Assembly (NCBI RefSeq): GCF_018398935.1
Contig: NZ_CP074694.1
Location: 5,940,001-5,972,000 of the forward strand
Origin: Telmatocola sphagniphila
GTDB lineage: Bacteria > Planctomycetota > Planctomycetia > Gemmatales > Gemmataceae
Length of the DNA: 32,000 nt
Direction: 5' to 3'
Positions 1-7,544 of the stretch are shown piece after piece (within the stretch, counting starts at the first letter, position 1; every line of letters starts with the position of its first letter). A model generated the notes under the pieces. The model was not told the origin of the DNA. It ran no database searches and was given only the letters and a program-made list of their open reading frames with translations. A program made the position numbers and the translations under genes.

Positions 1-1
1 A

Positions 2-373
2 GAGTTCAAAGATTTCATCAACCGCGGCAACGTGGTCGATCTGGCAGTCGGTATCGTGATGGGGGCGGCGTTCGGAGCCATCGTTAAATCATTCGTCGAC
101 GATATCATCATGCCTCCGATCGGCTCGATTATTAGTGGGGTCGATTTTAGTTCGTTGAAGATCCAACTCGGCGGACCAGACGGCAAAGCTTCGATCAAGT
201 ATGGAGCTTTTCTGCAAGCGATTATCAATTTTCTCATCATCGCTTTTTGTGTCTTCCAAGTTGTGAAAGTGATGAACAAGCTGAAGGGGCCGCCGCCGGC
301 ACCCAAGAAGCCTGAACCGACGCCGACGGAATTGCTTCTGACGGAAATTCGGGATGAACTGAAGAAGAAATAA
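2..373 (+). CDS. mscL: Large-conductance mechanosensitive channel MscL; 5' end cut by the window edge
   Basis: The frame is open from base 2 (EFKDFINRGNVVDLAVGIVMGAAFGAIV...IIMPPIG), the canonical MscL N-terminal/TM1 signature. The ORF-track start at 32 is an internal GTG. Second TM present, Pro/Lys-rich tail, stop at 371-373. Confidence 0.9.
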   Translation, partial: EFKDFINRGNVVDLAVGIVMGAAFGAIVKSFVDDIIMPPIGSIISGVDFSSLKIQLGGPDGKASIKYGAFLQAIINFLIIAFCVFQVVKVMNKLKGPPPAPKKPEPTPTELLLTEIRDELKKK

Positions 374-438
374 ACCCACCGGCCACTGCGGGAATCCCTT
401 CGGTGCGCCTCCTCTGAAGAGTAAGCTACAATGTCCTC

Positions 439-1965
439 ATGCGTTATTTCTCTGCCGCCACTCTGCTTTTCGTTGTCTACTTCCTGCTGATCCTGCTGGC
501 GCTGCCGTCGCAGCCATTCAACGATCCCGGAGCCTTCTGGCACGTCCGGGTCGGCGAATGGATCTTCGAGCACCTGGCGTTTCCGCATACCGATCCCTTC
601 ACTTTTTCCTTTGCCGATAAGCCCTGGGTGCCCCAACAATGGGGCGCGGAATGTCTCATGGCTCTGCTCTCCCGCATGGGGGGAGCCGATGCACTTCTCG
701 TAACCATGGCGGCTCTGATCGCCGGGCTGGGAGCCTGGATCAGCTCGCGCTTCATTGCCAGCGGCTGGCACCCGTTGCCGACCCTGCTGATCGTCGGCTT
801 CGGTCTCAGCGTTTCTATGTTCCACTTTTACGCCCGGCCCCATCTGATCACCCTCGTTTTGATGGCCTACTTCATGTCGGTCATCGTCGATACCGAACGG
901 GAACGAAACACCTACCGGCGCTGGTACCTGCTGTTGCCGCTTTCGGTACTTTGGACCAACTTACACGGCGGCGTCGTCGGCGGTCTGGCCACCCTGGTCG
1001 CGGCGCTCGGCGGCTGGTGCGTCTGGTCGATCCTGAAAAAGCCATCGCCGGTGAAGTCGGTTCGCATAGCGGGGATCTTCGCGGCTATCATTGGCGTCGG
1101 TTGTGCTTTGACGCTCGTGAATCCGTTCGGCCTGCAGATGCATCGCATCTGGTTTAGCCTGATCGATAGCAAAGTGCTCAAGGAAGTGATTACCGAGCAT
1201 CAGCCCTTGAGCCTGCAGCGCTCGGAAGGGCAGGCGATTTTTGCCTTTGGCATCTTCTATCTGCTGATGCTTCTGGGTACGCTGCCGCGCTGGCCGCGAG
1301 TCTCCTGGTTGATTCCCATACTTTGGTTTGTGGGAGCTCTGACCTCGATTCGGCACGGCCCGATCTTTAGTGTGGTGGCCCTGGTCGGTCTGGCCGACCT
1401 GCTACCGGAAACGATCTGGTATCGCTATTTGAAGAAGCATGGCGATTCGTTGATACGAGAACCCTACGCGAATCTCTGGTCGATTCGCAGCCTGTTGATT
1501 CCCGGTCTTTTTGTCGGACTTTGCTTCGGCCTGGAGTCGGCCCGGGTGAAGGTGCCGCTCATCGGCGCGGGCTGGGCCTATTACAACCCGAAGAATATGC
1601 CGCTGGAACTGATCGAACCCTTGCAGCAGTACGCCGCGTCGCGGCCGGTGGGAACGCCGATTTTCAACGATGCCAATTTGGGGGGCTTCGTGCTCGGCTT
1701 TGCTCCTTCGTTAAAAATTTTCATGGATGACCGCTGCGAACTTTACGGCGATGCCTGGCTGCGAAAATATTTCCAGGTGCTGAATGAGACGCCGGAGGTC
1801 TTCGATGAATGGTCGCATAAGTGGAACTTTGAACGAGTGCTGATCGCTTTGCCGGAGAAGCCGGAGGAGACGACGCGTTTGGCTGAGTACCTGGCGCATC
1901 ATGCGGAGTGGCGGGAGATTTTCCGGTGTCCGCTGGCCGTGATGTACGAGCGGAAAACACCTTAA
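439..1965 (+). CDS. Polytopic integral membrane protein of unknown function (possibly GT-C/ArnT-like glycosyltransferase fold; tentative)
   Basis: 508-aa ORF with many hydrophobic segments across the N-terminal ~370 aa and a soluble C-terminal tail. Antisense ORFs over it look spurious. No catalytic motif recognised. Confidence 0.75.
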   Translation: MRYFSAATLLFVVYFLLILLALPSQPFNDPGAFWHVRVGEWIFEHLAFPHTDPFTFSFADKPWVPQQWGAECLMALLSRMGGADALLVTMAALIAGLGAWISSRFIASGWHPLPTLLIVGFGLSVSMFHFYARPHLITLVLMAYFMSVIVDTERERNTYRRWYLLLPLSVLWTNLHGGVVGGLATLVAALGGWCVWSILKKPSPVKSVRIAGIFAAIIGVGCALTLVNPFGLQMHRIWFSLIDSKVLKEVITEHQPLSLQRSEGQAIFAFGIFYLLMLLGTLPRWPRVSWLIPILWFVGALTSIRHGPIFSVVALVGLADLLPETIWYRYLKKHGDSLIREPYANLWSIRSLLIPGLFVGLCFGLESARVKVPLIGAGWAYYNPKNMPLELIEPLQQYAASRPVGTPIFNDANLGGFVLGFAPSLKIFMDDRCELYGDAWLRKYFQVLNETPEVFDEWSHKWNFERVLIALPEKPEETTRLAEYLAHHAEWREIFRCPLAVMYERKTP

Positions 1966-1997
1966 GAACAGCTTTCATTTTTTCCGGGTTATCCTGT

Positions 1998-2054
1998 AAA
2001 GGTCATCAGATCATCATTTTTCACATAGTGGAAAACGTGATTTTGATGACCTTT
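1998..2054. repeat. Imperfect palindrome (11-bp arms AAAGGTCATCA / TGATGACCTTT, 35-nt spacer)
   Basis: Arms at 1998-2008 and 2044-2054 are exact reverse complements. An inner TCAC/GTGA pairing lies just downstream of the 439..1965 stop. Confidence 0.5.
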
Positions 2055-2154
2055 GATGATTTCATGGGGAAAACGCCGTTTTTTGGCTTTCTTGGAGTGA
2101 GGACGGAAGCAAACCGATTTGACCGCAGAAGCCGTGGAGATGTGAGGATGGGTG

Positions 2155-2508
2155 AGTGCGGTTGTAGAAAAAAACATTTAACCACCGAGGACACCGAGAT
2201 CACAGAGAGACTCCGTAAATGGGTGAGAGTGTTTGGATAGGGTGCCGAGGGTGGCCCATCGGCACAGGAGCGTAGATCAGAAACGTAACGGAAACCGTCT
2301 GGCGGCCAAGGTCTAGGCCATTGGCGTAGTAGTGCGGTTGTAGAAAAAAACATTTAACCACCGAGGACGCGGAGATCACTGAGCGACTCCGTAAATGGGT
2401 GAGAGTGTTTGGATAGGGTGCCGAGGGTTACCCATCGGCACAGGAGAGTAGATCAGAAAAGTAACGGGATCCGTCTGGCGGCCAAGGGCTAGGCCATTGG
2501 CATGGTAG
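2155..2508. repeat. Tandem direct repeat, 2 units of 176 bp (about 92% identical), non-coding and hairpin-rich
   Basis: Unit 1 starts AGTGCGGTTGTAGAAAAAAACATTTAACCACCGAGG at 2155 and unit 2 starts identically at 2331. Each unit carries (CACNGAGNN)x3 plus three hairpins: GTGCCGA..TCGGCAC, ACGG..CCGT, GCCAA..TTGGC. Confidence 0.9.
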
Positions 2509-2836
2509 CTTGGGTGCAAAGATCGCCGAAGAGATGATAACATAAGAATATGGCCTCCGTCCCAGAGTAAGTTGGAAGAAGCTATAAATGAGCCAGTTAC
2601 GGGGCGGAACACTGGCTAATTAACATTCTCTCAAAAAGGCAGATGCGGTGGTAGGTTGGTGGTGGATCGGAGCGAAAGGGGCGTAAGGTGCGATTTTTGT
2701 AGTGAGTGGAATAGGGCATCGACTGGTTTTTGAGGCTAATTTTAACACGTTGTAACAAATCACTCGACCTGCACGCTTGGCCTGGATTAAATCCGGGGAA
2801 AATTGAGATCACATGCCGGGGCGTTTCTGATGTAAG

Positions 2837-3526
2837 ATGACTGGAATTCTCAGAGGAATTCCAATTCGGAGAAATCTCAAAGTGCAGCGTGCCCCGATTG
2901 AAATAATCGATCCTTGGATGGCCCAACGAACACGCAATTATGCCTCCTTTCTATTGCTGGTGGTCGGGTATTCGTTTGCGTTCTTCGTTCTACTGGCCTC
3001 ACGTGCCGATAATCAGGCAGAACTTCATTCACTTCTCTTTTATGACGTTCTTATCGGCGTGATGCTGACTACAGGTTGTCTGTTGCGAGTCGGCACTGAC
3101 AAATTCAGCGTCATAATGCGATTTTCGGTTCGGCTGATGAAAATAGTGTTACTTGCAGGTCTTCCCCTGTTCGCTTTGATTTGGTTTCAGTACTCGGCCG
3201 CTAATATTCGTTGGCGAAGTCCCAATCAGAAAACAGAGTTTCAATTGAATGACTTGTTTTATCATGCTTTGGAAGAGTATAAAACCGACTGCGGAGACTA
3301 TCCCAGCGAGAAGGAAGGGTTACGCGCTTTGGTAGAGAACCCTCAGGTGCGGGGTTGGAAAGGGCCGTACGCTCCCGAGGAATTCCTAAGAGATGGCTGG
3401 GGTCAGGAGATCCGGTATCAATTGAATTTGCAGGATGGTAAACCGATAGTCTGGTCGATTGGTGCCGATGGCCTGGATGGCACCAGTGATGACATAATTC
3501 GCCCCAGACTGGTGAAGCGGGATTAA
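2837..3526 (+). CDS. Membrane protein with a C-terminal type II secretion GspG-like (pseudopilin globular) domain and no prepilin leader
   Basis: The C-terminal ~95 aa (YHALEEYKTDCGDYPSEKEGLRALVENPQVRGWKGPYAPEEFLRDGWGQEIRYQL...VWSIGADGLDGTSDDI) matches the T2SS protein G C-terminal pattern. The N-terminus has about 3 hydrophobic helices instead of a G/FTLIE leader. The likely true start is the ATG at 2918 (MAQRTRNY). Confidence 0.75.
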   Translation: MTGILRGIPIRRNLKVQRAPIEIIDPWMAQRTRNYASFLLLVVGYSFAFFVLLASRADNQAELHSLLFYDVLIGVMLTTGCLLRVGTDKFSVIMRFSVRLMKIVLLAGLPLFALIWFQYSAANIRWRSPNQKTEFQLNDLFYHALEEYKTDCGDYPSEKEGLRALVENPQVRGWKGPYAPEEFLRDGWGQEIRYQLNLQDGKPIVWSIGADGLDGTSDDIIRPRLVKRD

Positions 3527-3704
3527 TATTCGTTGGCAGATTTGCTTTGTAGAGCCAGACGAGGATTGGAATTGTTTGAAAGTAGGGCATGTCGGCGGGG
3601 TGGCACTGGCAGCCAAACTAAATCAACGCAAGTCGTGATTGAGTAATAGTTTGGGTGGCACTGGTTAGGACTCGCGCCAAATTAAGTTACCGAATTCTTA
3701 GTAC

Positions 3705-4995
3705 CTATGAGGGATGGATTTCATAGTTCCACTCGCCGTGAAATTCGTTTCGTTTGATATTGCACTCCGCCAGTTTTTCATCGCTCACTTTTCGGCCTTT
3801 TTCATTGGAATTTTCGTCGACCCAAACATGGACTTCCAACCCCGTTTCCGTCGTCGTCGCGGCTATCGATTCGACCACTACCTCCCAAGTTTCCAAAGGG
3901 ACGCCCTGCCAATTCCGTGTAATGTGGCAAAACAACCGATGTTCGATCTTGTTCCACTTGCTCGTTCCGGGCGGATAATGACAAACCTCGATGATCAATC
4001 CCGTCTGATCCGCCCACCTCTGCAACTCCACTTTCCACAGACGGCACCGCGAGCTATTACTCCCTCCGCTGTCCGCCGTTACCAACAACCGTTTCGCACT
4101 CCCATAACGCTTGCGGCCCAATTTCTCCCACCAACGCCGAATCGCACCGACCGCAAACTCGGCCGTGTCGTGACTGATTCCTACCGACACTCCCGCCTCA
4201 TTGCCGTGAATGTCGTAAACGCCGTACGGCACGATCTTGCCCAATTCCGGATCCGGAAAATCATGCGTCTTGACTTGCTGAGGAACCCCTTGAGGCCGAT
4301 ACGTTTTCCCCGGATTCTTCAGATTTCCCAGCGTTTCTTTCTTCTTGGTGTCAACCGAAATCGCTGGCTCTCCTCGACGCTGACGCGCTTTCACCCGATT
4401 GGATATATGGTGAAATTGGCCGTCCCGATCCGGATGCTGACGACCTTCCCGCGTTTTGCGATTGCCCTGCAAACTATACTTCATCTCAATCAGCAGACGA
4501 CGCACTGAAGTCGCACTCACCTTGTAACCCTGCTTCTTCAGTTCAGAGGCCAGTCGATAAGTACTCTTGATCGTCCAACGCAAGGGATTCAGAGTCTGTT
4601 CCAAAAGCCTCTATTTCTGGACAATTTCTCAAGGATTTGTAGGGTTAGTTCCCGCTTTTGGAACAGACTCTCATCGGAGAACCCCGAACCGTTGGCTCGA
4701 TCAGACGATTTAGAGCGTCCCGCAGGTCCGGTTGCGTTACCGTATGAGATTTGCGACCCCCGCCGCTTCGACGTTGACGAGAACCGGGAAGCGGATCGGG
4801 ATCGTCGAGTTCCTTCAGGCCCGTTCGAATAGTGCGATCCGACAGGCCCGTGGCTAACGCCACGGCTGTGATCCCTCCATGCCCCAAGGCTCTCGATTCC
4901 ACGGCCGCCCACCGTCGACGACCACGCTCATCTAAATCGTCGAACAGTACCATGTACTTCTCGCGAATCGCCTCTATAGTTGCTGCATCCTGCAT
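3705..4995 (-). pseudogene. ISAzo13-family (Rhodopirellula-type DDE) transposase, split into two ORFs (4645..4995 and 3705..4604) by a miniature insertion
   Basis: The N-terminal ORF ends ...LIEPTVRGSPM+RVCSKSGN*. The C-terminal ORF continues NPLRWTIKSTYRLASELKKQGYKVS...VTADSGGSNSSR...HYPPGTSKWNKIEHRLF, typical of ISAzo13 transposases. The frames differ by +1, which matches an 82-bp insertion (79 bp + 3-bp duplication). Confidence 0.9.
4592..4670. mobile_element. 79-bp MITE-like element with perfect 17-bp terminal inverted repeats and a 3-bp TCA target duplication
   Basis: GAGTCTGTTCCAAAAGC at 4592-4608 is the exact reverse complement of 4654-4670. TCA occurs at 4589-4591 and 4671-4673. Removing 4592-4673 gives ...RGSPMNPLRWT..., one continuous transposase frame of about 402 aa. 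Confidence 0.85.
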
Positions 4996-5537
4996 CGCAG
5001 GATCTTAGCAGAATAAACTATAAGGATTCAAGACCAATTCGGTAACTTATTTTGGCGCGAGTCCTTACTTGCTGTTTTTGTTGATCTTCGTGAATTGTAG
5101 GACTCAATCCTCGTCCAATTTCCGGTTGTCACTGGCTAACCGCCAGTGCGTGGGAGAAAAAAGTGCCAGAGAATTGTCACTATCTCAGGGACAAATTCGA
5201 GCAGAAAGAACGCTTTATTGCAGAAACGCACTCGCAGATGGCCAGTGCCACTCAAACCGTTACTGGATAACGACATGCGCTGATTAAGAATGCTTGCCAG
5301 TGCCCCCCGCCGGGGCATGAATTCCTTCTGGGTTGAAATAGGGTGATTTGTTGTTGTAGGATGGGTGAGTTCTAAATGGCACTGTCAGATAGATAGTGCC
5401 ACACAAGTCTAGATTTTACATCGACTTGCGTTTATTGAGATGGGGTGCCAGTGTCACCCGTCGTGATGTTAAGAACGTCAGCTCGCACATTATGATGTAA
5501 TATGTACCAATTCGAACTCAATTAAAAGAGTCCTGCC

Positions 5538-5786
5538 ATGTGGCTAATATCAATAACATTTATCGTGATAAGTTTCAGCAGTATGTTTTGTTTGTCAATT
5601 TTGAAAATATTGAAAATAATACCAAAGAAAAGGGCCTTCTGGTTACGACTCATCATCTTTATAGTCGTCTTCTTTTATCTGATTGTCATCAATATTCACA
5701 ACAAGATTTATTATTTGCACAACCGGAGCTCATTTTTTGCCTGTCCCCAGTCGAATCTTGCCGTACTAGACCTTAAACCAGCGTAG
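5538..5786 (+). CDS. Small hypothetical protein in an AT-rich spacer between repeat copies A and B (frame uncertain)
   Basis: Two overlapping ORFs exist: 5538..5786, which is hydrophobic, and 5540..5776, which is soluble-looking. The segment is markedly AT-rich. No recognisable motif. Confidence 0.3.
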   Translation: MWLISITFIVISFSSMFCLSILKILKIIPKKRAFWLRLIIFIVVFFYLIVINIHNKIYYLHNRSSFFACPQSNLAVLDLKPA

Positions 5787-5844
5787 TTTTTTGGGGAATT
5801 GTTTCGATTTATCGAAGAAAGCTCGAAATCCTTTTTGTTTTCTG

Positions 5845-6315
5845 CGGCGCGATGGCACTGGTAAGCTAACTAAATCAACTTAAGTCGTTATTGAGTAACA
5901 GTTTGGGTGGCACTGGTCACTTGCTGTTTTTGTTGATCTTTGCGAATTGTAGGACTCCATCCTCGTCCAATTTCCGTGTGGCACTGGCTAACTGCCAGTG
6001 CGTGGGAGAAAAAAGTGCCAGAGAATTGTCACCCTCTCAGGCACAAATTCGAGCAGGAAGAACGCTTTATTGTAGAAACGCACTCGCAGATGGCCAGTGC
6101 CACTCAAACCGTTACTGGATAACGACATGCGCTGATTAAGAATGCTTGCCAGTGCCACCCGCCGGGGCATGAATTCCTTCTGGGTTGAAATAGGGTGATT
6201 TGTTGTTGTAGGATGGGTGAGTTCTAAATGGCACTGTCAGATAGACAGTGCCACCCAAGTCTAGATTTTACATCGACTTGCGTTTATTGAGATGGGGTGC
6301 CAGTGTCACCCGTCG
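5845..6315 (+). repeat. Repeat-family copy B (full length, 471 bp)
   Basis: Left end is CGGCGCGATGGCACTGG and right end is GGGGTGCCAGTGTCACCCGTCG. Internal hairpins are GCACTGGC-taact-GCCAGTGC (5981-6001) and GGCACTGTC-agata-GACAGTGCC (6230-6252). It is the uninterrupted paralogue of copy A. Confidence 0.9.
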
Positions 6316-6440
6316 CAGATGGGGCAAGGGTTTACTGGCGGCTGGGTACAGATGGAAAAACCATAGAAATTCTCGGTAAGTCTTCGAAGGCGAATCAGGA
6401 CAAAGTGATAGCCGAGGTGCTGGAGGTATTTGGCAAATGA
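6316..6440 (+). pseudogene. 3' remnant of an ORF truncated by repeat copy B (possible RelE/HigB-Gp49-like or other toxin C-terminus; tentative)
   Basis: This frame reads ...DGARVYWRLGTDGKTIEILGKSSKANQDKVIAEVLEVFGK*. Upstream it runs into the repeat TIR and hits a stop at 6288-6290. Its TGA (6438-6440) overlaps the ATG (6437-6439) of the next ORF. Confidence 0.35.
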
Positions 6441-6751
6441 TTGATGATGAAACATTTACGTTTCGAATCATGGGCGGGCATGACGTTGGAGATGTCCATA
6501 ATGACAACTTCGACATCGAAGTAATTATGGCAAACGGAGATCGTTACATTGGCACAACTTTTACGATAGCAAATATTGTGACAATCATGGAAAGGCATGA
6601 AAAGTCTGGAGAATCTTCAAAGGGTGCTTACTTCTGGGCAAGTGACATGCTGATCGTCAAGGATTTGCAATTTCACACCATCCATGCTGCGATTGCCGGG
6701 TTAATTGAAGAGGAGTTATTAGAGACGGCATTTAGCAAAGTCCCATCATGA
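6437..6751 (+). CDS. Hypothetical small cytoplasmic protein (possible immunity/antitoxin-like partner; tentative)
   Basis: 104-aa acidic ORF with coding-like composition. ATGA overlap with the upstream ORF remnant. Followed directly by a 30-bp-arm hairpin. Confidence 0.6.
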   Translation: MIDDETFTFRIMGGHDVGDVHNDNFDIEVIMANGDRYIGTTFTIANIVTIMERHEKSGESSKGAYFWASDMLIVKDLQFHTIHAAIAGLIEEELLETAFSKVPS

Positions 6752-6753
6752 AC

Positions 6754-6869
6754 ATCGATTGGCTCATGAGGCGACAGCGGTGCTGCCTCAGGGGCCGAAA
6801 GGGGATTTGGCGTAAAGTCCTGCCAATTCAGCAGCCGCCGCACCGCTTTCGCCCCATGAGCCAATCGAT
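6754..6869. repeat. Long inverted repeat (30-nt arms, 2 mismatches, 56-nt spacer)
   Basis: ATCGATTGGCTCATGAGGCGACAGCGGTGC (6754-6783) pairs with GCACCGCTTTCGCCCCATGAGCCAATCGAT (6840-6869). It starts 3 nt after the stop of 6437..6751. Confidence 0.8.
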
Positions 6870-7005
6870 TTTCTTCGGAACTTCATCGCCGAAGCGAGGC
6901 AGGCTTCCTGCAACCGCAACACAGCCTTCTTGCTGCTGTGGTCGGATTTCGAGCTTGTTCGATTGCAGCAGGCAGTGCGGTGTGTGTCGTTCTTCAGGTG
7001 CTACG

Positions 7006-7134
7006 ATGGATTCACTGACCGCTCAATTCCTGATGGCCTGCGAGCAGTTCGTGGGCGTCCGGCGACCGCTGGTGGAAGACCTCGCCTCCGCGCTCGACGT
7101 CCCTCCCCAGGAACTGTTCTACCTCTGGATGGAA
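7006..7134 (+). pseudogene. 5' fragment of an HTH-like (excisionase/AlpA-like?) ORF that runs into repeat copy C
   Basis: From the ATG at 7006: MDSLTAQFLMACEQFVGVRRPLVEDLASALDVPPQELFYLWME.... The frame continues into the repeat TIR (RRGGTGNQTK*), so it looks truncated or interrupted at 7135. Confidence 0.3.
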
Positions 7135-7405
7135 CGGCGGGGTGGCACTGGTAACCAAACAAAATGAACTTAAGTCGTTATTTAGTAACAGTTTAGGTGG
7201 AACTAGTCACTTGCTGTTTTTGTTGATCTTTGCGAATTGTAGGACTCAATCCTCGTCCAATTTCCGGGTGGCACTGGCTAACTGCCAGTGCGTGGGAGAA
7301 AAAAGTGCCAGAGAATTGTCACCCTCTCAGGCACAAACTCGAGCAGAAAGAACGATTTATCTCAAAATGGCACTGTCAGATAGACAGTGCCACGTGCGCC
7401 CGTGA
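7135..7405 (+). repeat. Repeat-family copy C (internally deleted, about 271 bp)
   Basis: Same left TIR (CGGCGGGGTGGCACTGG) and the first ~220 bp of the family, then a jump to the GGCACTGTC-agata-GACAGTGCC hairpin (7369-7391). Hairpin GCACTGGC-taact-GCCAGTGC at 7271-7291. Confidence 0.8.
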
Positions 7406-7544
7406 CTATTCGATACTAGCAGGGTGAGATTCCCTGTCGAAAGGAGGCTTGGCCTTTTGTACCCGAAGGTAACTGCGTCGCCGTGAGGCGGGGTGGGGAG
7501 CAACCCGAGGGGAGCATCTCGTCCGCAATAAAGTGAACTCGTTT

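Larger units (their letters stand above)
3668..5074 (-). mobile_element. ISAzo13-family insertion sequence (1407 bp including a nested 79-bp element)
   Basis: 29-bp terminal inverted repeats GGACTCGCGCCAAATTAAGTTACCGAATT (3668-3696) and their complement at 5046-5074 match at 28/29. TTA direct repeats flank it at 3665-3667 and 5075-5077. Paralogous copies B and C read ...ggt-TCA-cttgctg without an insertion. It encodes an ISAzo13-type DDE transposase. Confidence 0.9.
3593..5463 (+). repeat. Repeat-family copy A (about 470-bp TIR-bounded element), interrupted by an IS at 3668-5074
   Basis: The left part (3593-3667) and right part (5075-5463) are collinear with copy B at roughly 95% identity. 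Left TIR is CGGCGGGGTGGCACTGGCA. The reverse complement of the right end is CGACGGGTGACACTGGCA. Confidence 0.85.

Noticed and set aside
3714-4508. 264-aa plus-strand ORF antisense to the transposase. Similar long antisense ORFs are 26411..27253 (opposite tal), 19513..20064 (opposite the sulfatase), 30896..31390, 639..1157, 10324..10803 and 21651..22067.
   Set aside because: Each lies fully inside, and opposite to, a CDS with strong motif support. Their translations are Arg/Pro/Gly-rich and low-complexity, typical of shadow ORFs in GC-moderate DNA.
5907-5925. Sigma-54 (-24/-12) promoter TGGCAC...TTGC inside the repeats (also 3655-3667/5075-5083 and 7197-7215)
   Set aside because: In TGGCACTGGTCACTTGCT the GG and GC dinucleotides are separated by 12 nt, not the strict 10 nt of the TGGCACG-N4-TTGC consensus. 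The same TGGCAC is explained by the repeat-family arm motif.
5891-6139. Small protein family encoded inside the repeats (ORFs 5069..5287, 5891..6139, 7142..7405: ..LLFLLIFANCRT.SSSNFR.ALANCQCVGEKSARE..)
   Set aside because: Of the roughly 9 nucleotide differences between copies A and B in this frame, nearly all change the amino acid (V/A, Q/P, L/V, S/A, R/C, L/P, G/A, E/G). Copy C loses the C-terminal half, and an equally long ORF exists on the opposite strand. This pattern argues against purifying selection on a protein.
5075-6315. Diversity-generating retroelement (template/variable repeat pair), based on the two ~95% identical copies A and B
   Set aside because: The differences are a mix of transitions and transversions at all four bases (for example c/t, a/c, g/a, t/g), not adenine-specific. 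No reverse transcriptase is nearby and the repeats are not inside a target gene.
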